From: Yoonia sp.
Lineage (GTDB): Bacteria > Pseudomonadota > Alphaproteobacteria > Rhodobacterales > Rhodobacteraceae
Reading direction: 5' to 3'
NCBI RefSeq assembly: GCF_965660735.1
Contig: NZ_CBFIBD010000011.1
Location: 976 to 64,975 of the forward strand
Length of the DNA stretch: 64,000 nucleotides
The position numbers were made by a program, and so were the translations under genes. Below the pieces are notes generated by a model, which was not told the DNA's origin, did not search any database, and was given only the letters and a program-made list of their open reading frames with translations. Shown piece by piece: positions 1 to 10,792 of the stretch. How positions within the stretch are numbered: position 1 is the stretch's first letter; every line of letters begins with the position of its first letter.

Positions 1-134
1 TCCTCGCACCCTTCGTGATCGCAAACACGGGTCGAGGTTTCGGACGCGCCGGACATACCGCGCCGACCGCGCGGGTTCTTTTTCTTCGAACTCGACACAG
101 ACATGTCAAAACCAAAGGGATCATTCTTTCTCAT
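1..134 (-). CDS. J-domain (DnaJ-like) protein, N-terminal fragment running off the left edge
   Basis: Reverse-strand ATG at 134 gives MRKNDPFGFDMSVSSSKKKNPRGRRGMSGASETSTRVCDHEGCEE..., open to position 1. It resembles the conserved N-terminus of small alphaproteobacterial DnaJ-like proteins found divergent to bolA (recalled, not searched). It is too short in-window to appear in the ORF track. Confidence 0.4.
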   Translation of the reverse strand, partial: MRKNDPFGFDMSVSSSKKKNPRGRRGMSGASETSTRVCDHEGCE

Positions 135-212
135 GGTGCATCTCACCTTTCCGACTCGGACAACAGACCTTAAACCCCCCAGCACAGGATTGAAGAGGGC
201 AGGGATAAAATA

Positions 213-464
213 ATGGCAATCGAGACAGAAATTCGCACCGCATTGGAAAAATTATCGCCGACTCACCTTGAGGTGATCAACGAAAGTGCAAAACATCGTG
301 GCCATGCGGGCGACGACGGATCAGGTGAAAGCCATTGGCGGATCGTGATCGCGGCACCTGCCTTGGCGGATAAAACACGAATTGCACGGCATCGGACCAT
401 TCATGCAGCCCTTGGCGCAGATCTGATCGGGCGTATTCATGCCCTTGCCATAGATATTCAGTAA
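213..464 (+). CDS. BolA family protein
   Basis: The 83-aa ORF has BolA-type motifs (NESAKHRGHAG..., SHWRIVIAAPALADKTRIARHRTIHAAL, IHALAI). Confidence 0.85.
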   Translation: MAIETEIRTALEKLSPTHLEVINESAKHRGHAGDDGSGESHWRIVIAAPALADKTRIARHRTIHAALGADLIGRIHALAIDIQ

Positions 465-797
465 CTATTCGGCTGCAAGATCCGATGACGCTGGTTTTGC
501 TGCCGCGACGACGGGCGGGGCCGGTTTTGCCTTTGGGGTGTTGATAACCGGGGACGAGGCGGCGCGCTTTTCGCGGCGAAACACCAGCATGTTCTGAAAC
601 ACCGTTGTCTTGCTCATCAACCCTTCGCGTTGCTCGCAAGGCAGGGTATCGGTGCGCAGATATTCCCATCCATCTGCTGCAAGGTCGTTCATCGTTACTT
701 CAAGCGCATTGGCAAAGCGTGCCTCGATAGATTTGGCACCTTTGACTTTCATGCCCCGCGTGGGGGCCGGCACGACCTTGTATTCATAGGACATCAC
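465..797 (-). CDS. DUF4177-like small protein
   Basis: The 110-aa ORF starts MSYEYKVVPAP...LAADGWEYLRTDTLPCEQREGL, typical of DUF4177, and has a Pro/Ala-rich tail. It is convergent with bolA. Confidence 0.65.
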   Translation of the reverse strand: MMSYEYKVVPAPTRGMKVKGAKSIEARFANALEVTMNDLAADGWEYLRTDTLPCEQREGLMSKTTVFQNMLVFRREKRAASSPVINTPKAKPAPPVVAAAKPASSDLAAE

Positions 798-860
798 GTC
801 ACCCCCTCGACTGCCTGCACAATATAGCGATCATGGCGCGAATTCCAAGTATGCCGCCGC

Positions 861-2372
861 TCAAAGCCCCAGCCTGGCCGACACGATCTGATTGACTGCC
901 GCCGGATTGGCCTTGCCGCCTGTGGACTTCATCACCTGACCCACGAACCAGCCGACCAGTTTGGGGTTCGCCTTGGCCTTTTCGACCTGTGCAGGGTTGG
1001 CGGCGATGATCTCGTCCACTGCCGCCTCGATCGCGCCGGTGTCAGTGACCTGTTTCATGCCTTCGGTGTCCACGATCTCTTGCGGGTCGCGGCCCGTTGT
1101 GTAGCAGATTTCGAACACGTCCTTGGCGATCTTGCCGGAAATCACACCGTCCTTGATCAGTCCGATCAACGCACCCAGTTGGGCGGCTGATACAGGGCTG
1201 GTTTCGATGCTGTGGCCCTCTTTTTTCAGGCGTCCGAACAGTTCGTTGATGACCCAGTTCGCAGCCAGTTTGCCATCCCGCCCTGCGGCGACCTGTTCAA
1301 AATAGGCCGCGTTCACGACCTCGGCTGTCAGCACGGAAGCATCATAATCGGACAGGCCGAAATCGCTGATAAAGCGTGCCTTTTTCTGGTCGGGCAATTC
1401 GGGCAAGCTGGCCTTGATATCGTCCACCCAATCCTGTTCGATTTCCAGCGGCAGCAGGTCGGGATCGGGGAAGTAGCGGTAATCATGCGCCTCTTCCTTG
1501 GACCGCATGGATCGGGTTTCGTTTTTGTCAGGATCGTAAAGGCGGGTTTCCTGCACGACCGATTTGCCATCCTCGATCAGGGCGATCTGGCGGCGGGCCT
1601 CGACCTCGATTGCCATCTGGATGAACCGGGTAGAGTTCATGTTCTTGATTTCGCAGCGGGTGCCGAGATGGCTGAAATCCTGGCTGTCCTGATAGCGTTC
1701 GTAATCGCCCGGACGGCAGACCGACACGTTCACATCCGCGCGCAGGTTGCCGTTTTGCATGTTGCCGTCGCAGGTGCCCAGATAACGCAGGATCTGGCGC
1801 AGTTTCAGCACATAGGCGGCGGCTTCCTCTGGTCCGCGAATATCGGGGCGGCTCACGATTTCCATCAGGGCGACGCCGGTGCGGTTCAGGTCGACAAACG
1901 ACATGGTGGGGTCCATGTCGTGAATGGATTTGCCTGCGTCCTGTTCCAGGTGAATGCGTTCGATGCGCACCAGCCGCGCCGTGCCGTCACCCATTTCAAC
2001 CAGCACTTCGCCTTCGCCCACGATGGGATGGTAAAGCTGCGAAATCTGATAGCCCTGTGGCAGGTCAGGATAGAAATAATTCTTGCGGTCAAAGGCTGAC
2101 ACCAGATTGATCTGCGCATTCAGCCCCAGCCCGGTTTTCACCGCCAGCGCAACACAGCCTTCGTTGATGACGGGCAGCATGCCGGGCATGCCTGCGTCCA
2201 CAAAGGCCACGTTGCTGTTCGGTTCCGCGCCAAACTGCGTGGAGGCCCCAGAGAAGAGTTTCGCCTTGCTGGCGACCTGCGCGTGCACCTCAAGCCCGAT
2301 GACAAGTTCCCAGTCGTGTTTCGCACCAGAGATCACTTTGGGGGCAGGGGCGTCGTAGGTCAGGTCAAGCAT
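861..2372 (-). CDS. gatB: Asp-tRNA(Asn)/Glu-tRNA(Gln) amidotransferase subunit B
   Basis: Full-length GatB similarity ([39 protein letters not shown]-terminal YqeY-like tail). I place the start at MLDLTYD (ATG 2372) rather than at the ORF-track start of 2432. Confidence 0.95.
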   Translation of the reverse strand: MLDLTYDAPAPKVISGAKHDWELVIGLEVHAQVASKAKLFSGASTQFGAEPNSNVAFVDAGMPGMLPVINEGCVALAVKTGLGLNAQINLVSAFDRKNYFYPDLPQGYQISQLYHPIVGEGEVLVEMGDGTARLVRIERIHLEQDAGKSIHDMDPTMSFVDLNRTGVALMEIVSRPDIRGPEEAAAYVLKLRQILRYLGTCDGNMQNGNLRADVNVSVCRPGDYERYQDSQDFSHLGTRCEIKNMNSTRFIQMAIEVEARRQIALIEDGKSVVQETRLYDPDKNETRSMRSKEEAHDYRYFPDPDLLPLEIEQDWVDDIKASLPELPDQKKARFISDFGLSDYDASVLTAEVVNAAYFEQVAAGRDGKLAANWVINELFGRLKKEGHSIETSPVSAAQLGALIGLIKDGVISGKIAKDVFEICYTTGRDPQEIVDTEGMKQVTDTGAIEAAVDEIIAANPAQVEKAKANPKLVGWFVGQVMKSTGGKANPAAVNQIVSARLGL

Positions 2373-2450
2373 TTGCGCATCCTTGAAAAATGGCGTTTCC
2401 CGTTCTCTAAAAGAACCGGTGCGCGGCTTCAAGCGCCATGCGCCCGCGTC

Positions 2451-3320
2451 TTAGTCTGCCTGCGGCTGTTTCAGCCAGGACCGGGACGCCGCAACCAGAT
2501 TGACCGCAGGCGCATGTTTGCCCCCCAACGCCAACGTGGCCTTGCGCAACATGGCGATCCCGTCTTCGGCACTTTTCGGAAGTGCTGCCGCCGAAATCGG
2601 CTCGCCCACCGTAACCTTGTAGGGCTGACGGGCCTTGTTCAGTGTTTCATGGAACAAGGTGATGTCGCGCAGTGTTGGATGCAGCGCATCGAACAGATAG
2701 AACAGGGCGGAATTGCGGGCCTGAATGTTTACCGGGATCACCGGCAAGCCGAACTTTCGCGCGAGCATCGCCGCAGAGGCCATCCATGGCCGTTCAAATA
2801 GCTGCAAGCCCCGCCGTTTAGCCAGCCGCCCAGAGGGGAAAATCACGCCAAGCCGTCCTGCATCGGTCGCATCGCGGACATAGGCCATGGTTTCGCGGGT
2901 CTTGGCATGGCTGCGCAATTCCTTGCGCCATTCGACAGGGGCGATCATTGTTTCCATTTGCGGAAATACCCGCAGGATATCACGGTTGGCAAAGAAATAG
3001 GCATCGGGCCGCGCCCGCGCGATCAGGTGATGCAGGATAATTCCATCTGCAATGCCTGTGGGATGATTCGCCACGATCAATGCCGATCCATGTCCCGGAA
3101 TATGGCCCATTCCGCTAACGGTCACGGTCTGCGCCAGCCGTTGCCCCATATAGCGCATGATGTCCGCCGAAGGTGCGTCCTTCAAATGCTGGGCGATTTG
3201 CACGGTCTTGTCGTAACCAAGCATCCTGTTCAGCCCGCCGCGCACCACTTTGGTGCCAGGACGATCACGATAAAGCCATGGCGCGCGCTCGGCGATCAGG
3301 GGGTCGATGCGATGTTTCAT
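2451..3320 (-). CDS. lysophospholipid/glycerolipid acyltransferase family protein
   Basis: The 289-aa ORF carries an acyltransferase H-x4-D block (ANHPTGIADG) and a downstream FPSGR motif. Confidence 0.7.
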   Translation of the reverse strand: MKHRIDPLIAERAPWLYRDRPGTKVVRGGLNRMLGYDKTVQIAQHLKDAPSADIMRYMGQRLAQTVTVSGMGHIPGHGSALIVANHPTGIADGIILHHLIARARPDAYFFANRDILRVFPQMETMIAPVEWRKELRSHAKTRETMAYVRDATDAGRLGVIFPSGRLAKRRGLQLFERPWMASAAMLARKFGLPVIPVNIQARNSALFYLFDALHPTLRDITLFHETLNKARQPYKVTVGEPISAAALPKSAEDGIAMLRKATLALGGKHAPAVNLVAASRSWLKQPQAD

Positions 3321-3422
3321 GCGGCAGTATTACCCGATTTTACGTAACAATCCCACAACATCGTGATCAAGAACTGACAATTCGCAATGCCGTTCGTGTG
3401 TTTTGCAACGCTTGCGCGAGGA

Positions 3423-5972
3423 TCAATCAAGAATGCGGCTGACCATTTCCGTAGTGTCGCGTGACAGGTCGGGGGTGTCTGCGATCCGTTGCAGCGCGGC
3501 GCGCATCATCGCCTGACGTTCCGCATCATAGCGCCGCCATGTTGAAAACGCCGCTGTCATGCGTGCCGTTGTCTGCGGGTTCAGCGCATCCAGTTTGATC
3601 AGCCAATCCGCCAGCAGGGCATAGCCCGCTCCAGACGGGTGATGAAAGCCTGCAGCATTGCCCGCCAGCGCCCCAAAGACAGCGCGGAACCGGTTGGGGT
3701 TCTTCATGGTAAAGGCAGGGTGGTCTGTCAGCTTTTGCGCGGTTTGCACGGCGGCGTCCGGTGCGGCGCAACTGACCTGAAGCCCGAACCATTTGTCCAT
3801 GACAAGGCGGTCGTCTTGCCATTCCCGTTCAAATTTGGCCAGTTCGGCAGCACCCTTGCCCGCCTTCAGCAATGTCGCCAATGCAGCCAGCTGTTGGGTC
3901 ATGTTGTCGGCCGCTGTATATTGCGCGGCGGCCTGACGCCCCCCGTCGATACGCGCCAGCAGCGCCAGCACCCCGTTTCCCAATGTCCGCTTGCCTGCCT
4001 GATCGGCATCAGGATGGTAGGGTGCAGTGACGGTCATATCGGCATAAACGCGTGGCAGCAGGTCTTGCAGATGCTGCGCGATGTGCAGTTTCAGGGTTTC
4101 ATGCGCGTCATAAATCGCGCTGGGGTCAGGCGTGTCGCCCGCGTCGACCAGCGCCTGCGCGGTATCGTCCTCGCTCGGAAGGGCCAGCACAAGGGCGCGG
4201 AACGCCGGATCAAGGCCGTCGTCGCGCAACACGGCCGCCAACCCGTCAAGATAGGCCGCATCAGGTGTCGCCCCGTCGCGCACCATTGCCACCAGCACAT
4301 CCTGCGCCAGCGTTCGCCCCGCATCCCATTTGTTGAACGGGTCGGTGTCATGGGCCAGCAGAAATGCGCGGCGGGCGCTGGTCTGCTCATGCTCCAGAAT
4401 TACTGGCGCTGAAAGGTCCCTCAGGATCGACGGAATCGGCCGGCTTGCCAGCCCGCCAAAGGTAAAGCTCTGTTCCGCTTGTGTCAGTTCAAGCAGTTGC
4501 GTCGGCACAACCTCATCCCCGTTTTCGTTCAGCAAGCCAACGGCGACGGGGATCACCAGCGCGTCCTTGTGATCCTGCCCTGGTGTGGGGGGCGTGTGCT
4601 GGCGCAGGGTCAGCGTATAGGTGCCATCGGTGTATTCTTCGCTGACTGCCACGCGCGGTGTGCCGGCCTGGCTGTACCATTTTGCGAATTGCGTCAGGTC
4701 GCGCCCGGTGGCGTCCTCGAACACCTTTAACCAATCCTCGATCGTGGCGGCGTCGCCGTCGTGGCGGGTAAAATACAGATCCAATGCCTTTTCATATGCG
4801 TCCGGTCCCACCAGACGGCGCAACATCCCGATGATTTCCGCCCCTTTTTCATAGATGGTGACGGTGTAGAAATTGTTGATCTCGACAAAGCTGGTTGGCC
4901 GTACCGGGTGGGCCAGCGGGCCGTTGTCCTCGCGGAATTGATGGGCGCGCAGGACCACTGCATCGTTGATCCGTTTCACAGCCTGGCCGCGCATGTCGCC
5001 GGTGAACTGCTGGTCGCGGAACACGGTCAGCCCTTCCTTGAGGCACAGCTGGAACCAGTCGCGGCAGGTGATGCGGTTGCCGGTCCAGTTATGAAAATAT
5101 TCATGCGCGATGATCGCCTCGATCCGTTCGAAATTGGCGTCGGTGGATGTTTCCGGGCTGGCCAGCACGGCGGAAGAATTGAAGATATTCAACCCCTTGT
5201 TTTCCATCGCCCCCATGTTGAAATCATCGACAGCAACGATGTTGAACACGTCCAGATCGTATTCGCGCCCGTAGACATCCTCATCCCATTTCATCGACTT
5301 CTTCAGCGCCTTCATGCCAAAAGCGCATTTGCCCTCGTCGCCCGGACGCACCCAGATGTTCAGGTCAACATCCCTGCCTGACATCGTGGTGAATGTATCA
5401 GGTTGGTTGACCAGATCACCCGCCACCAGCGCGAACAGATAGGCAGGTTTCGGCCACGGGTCGTGCCATTCCGCCCAACCGTCACCCGACGTGACGGGAT
5501 TCCCGTTTGACAGTAACACCGGCAGGTCGCTTTCGATGCGCACGGTGAACACGCCCATGACGTCGGGACGGTCAGGGTAGAATGTGATCTTGCGAAACCC
5601 CTCGGCCTCGCATTGTGTGCAATACATGCCGCCCGACATGTAAAGCCCTTCGAGGGCTGTGTTGGTGTCCGGGCTGATTTCGACCTCTGCCTCGAACACG
5701 AAGGGCGCGTCAGGCACGTCGCACCGCAGGCCCGTTGATGTAATTTCGGGGTCGATGGATTTGCCGTCGATCCTGGCGCCGATCAGACGCAATTGTTCGC
5801 CATGCAAAAAGAAGTCGCGCGTCGTGGTTGCGGGGTTGGGCCGAAAGGCGATGCGCGATGTAACCCGCGTGGCTGTCGGGGTCAGTTTGAATGTCAGTTG
5901 AACGCTGTCCACCACATAATCAAACGGTGCGTAATCGCGCAGATATATCGTTTGGGGGGCAGCGTCTTTCAT
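3423..5972 (-). CDS. pepN: aminopeptidase N (M1 family)
   Basis: HEYFHNWTGNR and LKEGLTVFRD zinc-site motifs plus a GAMEN exopeptidase motif. The real start is at MKDAAPQTIYLRDY (ATG 5972, 849 aa). The upstream 148 codons of the track ORF are Arg/Ser/Cys-rich read-through. Confidence 0.95.
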   Translation of the reverse strand: MKDAAPQTIYLRDYAPFDYVVDSVQLTFKLTPTATRVTSRIAFRPNPATTTRDFFLHGEQLRLIGARIDGKSIDPEITSTGLRCDVPDAPFVFEAEVEISPDTNTALEGLYMSGGMYCTQCEAEGFRKITFYPDRPDVMGVFTVRIESDLPVLLSNGNPVTSGDGWAEWHDPWPKPAYLFALVAGDLVNQPDTFTTMSGRDVDLNIWVRPGDEGKCAFGMKALKKSMKWDEDVYGREYDLDVFNIVAVDDFNMGAMENKGLNIFNSSAVLASPETSTDANFERIEAIIAHEYFHNWTGNRITCRDWFQLCLKEGLTVFRDQQFTGDMRGQAVKRINDAVVLRAHQFREDNGPLAHPVRPTSFVEINNFYTVTIYEKGAEIIGMLRRLVGPDAYEKALDLYFTRHDGDAATIEDWLKVFEDATGRDLTQFAKWYSQAGTPRVAVSEEYTDGTYTLTLRQHTPPTPGQDHKDALVIPVAVGLLNENGDEVVPTQLLELTQAEQSFTFGGLASRPIPSILRDLSAPVILEHEQTSARRAFLLAHDTDPFNKWDAGRTLAQDVLVAMVRDGATPDAAYLDGLAAVLRDDGLDPAFRALVLALPSEDDTAQALVDAGDTPDPSAIYDAHETLKLHIAQHLQDLLPRVYADMTVTAPYHPDADQAGKRTLGNGVLALLARIDGGRQAAAQYTAADNMTQQLAALATLLKAGKGAAELAKFEREWQDDRLVMDKWFGLQVSCAAPDAAVQTAQKLTDHPAFTMKNPNRFRAVFGALAGNAAGFHHPSGAGYALLADWLIKLDALNPQTTARMTAAFSTWRRYDAERQAMMRAALQRIADTPDLSRDTTEMVSRILD

Positions 5973-6063
5973 TGACTTTCCTTTGTGCGTCACCACGTCA
6001 AGAGGAGAAGATAGAAGGGCGGGGTGACTTCCACAACCGTCCGATACTGAAAGGAGAGAAGAT

Positions 6064-6258
6064 ATGTCTGCACCAGACAGCGAACCTGAAAAACAGGTAA
6101 AACGCCACCGTCCGTCACTTTTTGCAATCGCGGCCGCTGTTGTTGTTGCACTTGCCTTGCTGCTCGGTTTTCTGACGGTTGTCGTTGAACGCGGCGCTAC
6201 ACCTGACGGTGCGACGACGCAGATCGACGGGCGCACCGGCGATGTCGTTGCAGAATAG
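6064..6258 (+). CDS. small single-pass membrane protein (hypothetical)
   Basis: Strong SD (AAAGGAGAG) 6 nt upstream of the ATG. The product has one hydrophobic helix (LFAIAAAVVVALALLLGFLTVVV). Confidence 0.6.
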   Translation: MSAPDSEPEKQVKRHRPSLFAIAAAVVVALALLLGFLTVVVERGATPDGATTQIDGRTGDVVAE

Positions 6259-6288
6259 GTGGCATCGCATCGCAGTGTCGGCGCGCTG

Positions 6289-6438
6289 ATGCCGCAAAGT
6301 CGCAATAAGGCGGACCTGCCGCAAAAGACATGTATGACATGCGGGCGACCGTTCGCGTGGCGCAAGAAATGGGCGCGTGTCTGGCACGAGGTGCGGTATT
6401 GTTCCGAAAGATGCAAGCGGACGCGGCCAAAGGCGTGA
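6289..6438 (+). CDS. DUF2256-like zinc-ribbon protein (49 aa, absent from ORF track)
   Basis: Hand translation gives MPQSRNKADLPQKTCMTCGRPFAWRKKWARVWHEVRYCSERCKRTRPKA*. The C-x2-C...W-R-K-K-W...Y-C-S-x2-C pattern is the DUF2256 signature as I recall it. Confidence 0.75.
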   Translation: MPQSRNKADLPQKTCMTCGRPFAWRKKWARVWHEVRYCSERCKRTRPKA

Positions 6439-6553
6439 TCTTTCGAATTGGTCAGAAAATATGACCGCAGATGTTGCCTATCGGAAACTTTTATTCTAAT
6501 CCACGCGACAGTATTGTGTGTGCAACTGTATGCAATCAGCCAGGGGGATTATC

Positions 6554-8701
6554 ATGAGCGACCGGATTGAAAAACACGGGCTTCAGGTAGCCGCGGAACT
6601 CGCGACATTCATCGACGATCACGCGCTGCCCGGCACAGGGCTTGACAGCGATGCCTTTTGGGCTGGATTTGCCGGTTTCGTTGGCGAAATGACCCCGCGC
6701 AACCGCGCTCTGCTGCAAAAACGTGAAGATCTGCAATCGCGGATTGATGCGTGGCACATCGCGCACCGCGACGCCCCGCATGACCGAACCGCTTACGAAG
6801 CATTCCTGCGCGAGATCGGGTATCTGGTGGAAGAGGGCGACGATTTCGAGATTGAAACTACCAATGTGGACCCCGAAATTGCCACTATCCCCGGCCCGCA
6901 GCTTGTCGTGCCGATCACGAACGCCCGCTTTGCGCTGAATGCCGCAAATGCCCGCTGGGGCAGCCTGTATGATGCGTTCTATGGCACCGACGCCATGGGC
7001 GAGGCGCCGCCAAAAGGCCCCTACAACCGTGGTCATGGCGCGCGTGTCGTTGCCAGGAGCCGTGTGTTTCTGGATCAGGCCTTTCCGATCGAAGGCGCCA
7101 GCCACGCCGATGTGCGCCGCTATTATGTCCATGACGGCGCTTTGCTGATCGACGATCTGCCACTGCGCGAGCCTGAAAAATTCGTGGGCTATCGTGGCAA
7201 CCCCAAGGCCCCTGATACGGTGCTCTTGGTGAATAACGGGTTGCATGTTGAACTGGTGTTTGATCGCGCCCATCCCATCGGCAGCCGAGATCAGGCGCTG
7301 CTGGCTGATGTGCGCATGGAAAGCGCCGTGACCGCGATCATGGATTGCGAAGACAGCGTCGCCTGCGTCGATGCCGAGGACAAGGTGCTGGCCTATACCA
7401 ACTGGCTGGGCCTGATGCAGGGGCATCTGACGGCGGACCTGCAAAAGGGTGGCAAGACGATCACCCGCCGTCTGGCCGACGATCTGACCTATACGGCCCC
7501 CGACGGCAGCCCGCTGGTGCTGAAAGGGCGCGCGCTTTTGTGGGTGCGCAACGTGGGCCACCTGATGACGAACCCCGCCATCCTGGACGCGCAGGGCGAC
7601 GAGGTCTACGAGGGGTTGATGGATGCCATCGTGACCACGCTGATCGCGATGCACGACCTGATGCGCGAGGGGGGCAATTCCGCCCACGGGTCTGTCTATG
7701 TGGTCAAACCCAAGATGCACGGCCCCGAAGAGGTTGCCTTTACCAGCGACATCTTTGCAAAGGTCGAAGACATCCTTGGCCTGCCGCGCCACACCGTCAA
7801 GATCGGTATCATGGACGAGGAACGCCGCACGACCGTGAACCTCAAGGAATGTATTCGCGCTGCAAAATCGCGCGTGGCCTTTATCAATACCGGTTTTCTG
7901 GATCGCACCGGCGATGAAATACACACCTCGATGGAGGCCGGGCCGTTCAGCCGCAAGGATTTCATCAAGCGCAAGCAGTGGATCGGCGCCTACGAGGATC
8001 AGAACGTCGATATCGGGCTGGAGTGTGGATTTTCCGGCAAGGCCCAGATCGGCAAGGGCATGTGGGCCATGCCCGACCTGATGGCGGCCATGCTGGAACA
8101 AAAGATCGAACACCCCAAGGCCGGTGCGAATTGTGCATGGGTGCCCAGCCCCACGGCGGCCACGCTGCACGCACTGCATTATCACAAAGTCGATGTGATG
8201 GCCGTACAGGCCCGTTTGCGGGCGGGCGGGCGGCGTGCCTATGTGTCGTCGATCCTTGATATTCCGCTGGCGCAATACCAGCGCTGGACCGATGCGCAAA
8301 AGATCAAAGAGGTCGAAAACAACGCCCAGGGTATCCTTGGCTATGTGGTGCGCTGGATCGACCAGGGCGTTGGTTGTTCCAAGGTGCCCGACATCAACAA
8401 CGTCGGTCTGATGGAAGACCGCGCGACGTGCCGGATTTCAAGCCAGGCGCTGGCCAACTGGCTGCATCACGGTGTGGTGTCCGAAGTGCAGGTGATGGAT
8501 ACGATGCAGAAGATGGCCATTGTGGTGGATGCGCAGAACGCCGATGATCCGGCCTACCGCCCCATGGCGCCCGACTTTGACGGGATCGCCTTTCAGGCAG
8601 CCTGTGATCTGGTGTTCAAGGGCCGCATCCAGCCGTCTGGCTATACAGAGCCAATTCTGCACCAGCGTCGTCTGGAACTGAAAGCACAGCGCAATCATTA
8701 A
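6554..8701 (+). CDS. glcB: malate synthase G
   Basis: 715 aa with end-to-end malate synthase G similarity. The start is at [12 protein letters not shown], preceded by a GGGGGA SD. Confidence 0.95.
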   Translation: MSDRIEKHGLQVAAELATFIDDHALPGTGLDSDAFWAGFAGFVGEMTPRNRALLQKREDLQSRIDAWHIAHRDAPHDRTAYEAFLREIGYLVEEGDDFEIETTNVDPEIATIPGPQLVVPITNARFALNAANARWGSLYDAFYGTDAMGEAPPKGPYNRGHGARVVARSRVFLDQAFPIEGASHADVRRYYVHDGALLIDDLPLREPEKFVGYRGNPKAPDTVLLVNNGLHVELVFDRAHPIGSRDQALLADVRMESAVTAIMDCEDSVACVDAEDKVLAYTNWLGLMQGHLTADLQKGGKTITRRLADDLTYTAPDGSPLVLKGRALLWVRNVGHLMTNPAILDAQGDEVYEGLMDAIVTTLIAMHDLMREGGNSAHGSVYVVKPKMHGPEEVAFTSDIFAKVEDILGLPRHTVKIGIMDEERRTTVNLKECIRAAKSRVAFINTGFLDRTGDEIHTSMEAGPFSRKDFIKRKQWIGAYEDQNVDIGLECGFSGKAQIGKGMWAMPDLMAAMLEQKIEHPKAGANCAWVPSPTAATLHALHYHKVDVMAVQARLRAGGRRAYVSSILDIPLAQYQRWTDAQKIKEVENNAQGILGYVVRWIDQGVGCSKVPDINNVGLMEDRATCRISSQALANWLHHGVVSEVQVMDTMQKMAIVVDAQNADDPAYRPMAPDFDGIAFQAACDLVFKGRIQPSGYTEPILHQRRLELKAQRNH

Positions 8702-8725
8702 CGGCGGGTGGATTAAGCCCACCCC

Positions 8726-9169
8726 ATGGGAAACTGGAACATGGCAGAGATATCAGCAAGCAAGGCGCGGACGATCATCCGCAAGGCATTCGCCAAAGGC
8801 GCGGAACTGGACCTGAAACCATTGTCGGTCGTGGTGCTGGACGCAGGCGGTCACGTCAAGGCCTTCGAACGCGCCGATGGTGCGGCGCCGGGCCGGTTCG
8901 GGATCGCACATGGCAAGGCCTATGGGTCTGTGATGCTGGGTATCGCGGGCACCGCGCAGATGGCCCGCGCAGAACAGCAAGCCTATTTCATGGCCGCAAT
9001 GAACGGTGTCTATGGCGGGCAGGTCGTGCCGGTGCCGGGCGGTGTTCTGGTGCGCGACAAGCGTGGCGCTGTGATTGGCGCGGTCGGCGTGACCGGTGAC
9101 ACATCCGACAATGACGTGATCGCCGCCATGGCCGGGATCGAGGCCGCCGGGTTGGTTGGCGAATCCTGA
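8726..9169 (+). CDS. glcG: GlcG/HbpS-like (DUF336) heme-binding protein
   Basis: 147 aa with a VVVLDAGGHVKAFERADGA...GAVGVTGDTSDNDV pattern, lying immediately downstream of glcB. The start could instead be the ATG at 8741. Confidence 0.8.
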   Translation: MGNWNMAEISASKARTIIRKAFAKGAELDLKPLSVVVLDAGGHVKAFERADGAAPGRFGIAHGKAYGSVMLGIAGTAQMARAEQQAYFMAAMNGVYGGQVVPVPGGVLVRDKRGAVIGAVGVTGDTSDNDVIAAMAGIEAAGLVGES

Positions 9170-9359
9170 TATACCCGGCTGGTGCTTGTTGCACTCAACG
9201 CGCTGCGGGTATTGCAGACATCTTCCGATTGCCTAAATCATAGGCGTTAGTGTCGCCCCGCACGGCATGTGCGTGGGTGACAGGGCGCTTGTGCATCGAC
9301 GCCACCTTCCGTTCCGGGGCGATTGGCGCTATGCACGTGCGAACGCGAAAGGATTATGC

Positions 9360-10127
9360 ATGCCCCGGCCCGTGATCGGAATTATCGGCAGTAGCCATTT
9401 GATCAATAACCAGTATGTCGTGCTGGGTGCAGGGCAGATGAACGCGCAGGCCGTGTCAGAGGTGTCTGGCGGTATTCCCATGATCGTCGCAACCGATCCG
9501 CGTGTTGTCTCGGTCGAGGAACTGATGGCCACCTGTGACGGTTTCCTGTTCACCGGCGCACGGCCCAACGTCCATCCCGAGGAATATGGCGAAGAACCCA
9601 CCGACGCGCATGGTGATTTCGACCGCGACCGCGACCGCATTTCGCTGCCGCTGATCCGCGCCTGCGTGGCACGGGGCCAGCCCATCATGGGGATATGCCG
9701 TGGCTTTCAAGAGGTGAATGTCGCCATGGGTGGCACGCTGCACCCGGAAATCCGCGACCTTCCGGGCCGTGACAACCACCGCATGCCCCCCGATGGCACG
9801 CTTGAGGAAAAGTTCGAATTGCGCCACGAGGTGCGGTTTTCTGACGGGGGTCCGTTTCACCGGCTGCTGGGGCGTCCTGCGGTGATGACCAATACGTTGC
9901 ATGGTCAGGGGATCAAGTCCGCAGGCCCGCGCATTGTCATCGACGGGCACGCCCCCGACGGCACGCCAGAGGCGATTTATATTGCAGACGCACCTGGTTT
10001 TACATTGTCTGTGCAATGGCACCCCGAATGGAACGCCTGTGCCGACCCGGTCTCGCGCCCACTTTTCGAAGCATTCGGCGACGCCTGCCGCGCATGGTCT
10101 GCGGGCGCACTGCGCAAGGCGGGTTAA
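9360..10127 (+). CDS. gamma-glutamyl-GABA hydrolase family protein (class I GATase-like, peptidase C26)
   Basis: GICRGFQEVNVAMGGTL nucleophile-elbow motif and a VQWHPE block. The start is at MPRPVIGIIG, with an AAAGGA SD. Confidence 0.8.
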   Translation: MPRPVIGIIGSSHLINNQYVVLGAGQMNAQAVSEVSGGIPMIVATDPRVVSVEELMATCDGFLFTGARPNVHPEEYGEEPTDAHGDFDRDRDRISLPLIRACVARGQPIMGICRGFQEVNVAMGGTLHPEIRDLPGRDNHRMPPDGTLEEKFELRHEVRFSDGGPFHRLLGRPAVMTNTLHGQGIKSAGPRIVIDGHAPDGTPEAIYIADAPGFTLSVQWHPEWNACADPVSRPLFEAFGDACRAWSAGALRKAG

Positions 10128-10196
10128 CCGCTGACGTAGATCAATAGACCGCAGCGGCGGCGCTGGTATGGCTGGCCCACAACAATGGGGCCTGAT

Positions 10197-10730
10197 ATGA
10201 AAATCCTGATCGCCTATACCTCGACCGAGGGGCAAACCCGCAAGATCGTGCAGTTCTGCGCGGACTACCTGAACGCGGAAGGGCACACCGTCGAACTGCT
10301 GCCTGCGGCCGATGCACATGGCACCGACCTGTCCCGCTTTGATGCAATGCTGCTCGCGGCCTCTGTCCACGGGGGAAAATACCAGAAACCGATGGTCAGA
10401 CTGGCGTCAGCTAGGACCGGCGAGCTGAATCAGATGAAATCAGCCTTTCTGTCTGTTTCGCTTGCTGCGGCGGGCACGGATGAGGATGACTGGAAGGGCT
10501 TGCGCGATGTCGTTGACCGCTTTGCGGCCAAGACGGGCTGGTCCCCGAAAACGGTGATGCATGTGGCGGGGGCATTCCGGTTTTCTGAATATGATTTCTT
10601 CAAGTCATGGGCGATGCGCTGGATCGCGGCGCAAAAAGATGAAGATGTCGATCCGCATGAGGACAAGGAATACACCGACTGGGAGGCGCTGCGGAACACT
10701 TTGGATGAATGGATCGCCGGGGGCGGATAA
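10197..10730 (+). CDS. flavodoxin-like protein (HemG-type family)
   Basis: MKILIAYTSTEGQTRKI flavodoxin P-loop-like start; about 177 aa. Confidence 0.6.
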   Translation: MKILIAYTSTEGQTRKIVQFCADYLNAEGHTVELLPAADAHGTDLSRFDAMLLAASVHGGKYQKPMVRLASARTGELNQMKSAFLSVSLAAAGTDEDDWKGLRDVVDRFAAKTGWSPKTVMHVAGAFRFSEYDFFKSWAMRWIAAQKDEDVDPHEDKEYTDWEALRNTLDEWIAGGG

Positions 10731-10792
10731 AACGCTTGGGGTTGTGCATTGCGTTACTTTGCACCACAGTTTCGTAAACGATTACGGAGCTA

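Noticed and set aside
5973-6416. 148-codon upstream extension of pepN (997-aa track ORF)
   Set aside because: The extension is Ser/Arg/Cys-rich, overlaps the plus-strand small-protein genes, and M1 aminopeptidase homology begins at MKDAAPQT.
6536-8299. 587-aa minus-strand ORF
   Set aside because: It lies entirely antisense to malate synthase G. Its Arg/Gly/Ala/His-rich composition is typical of shadow ORFs in high-GC DNA, and it has no recognisable motifs.
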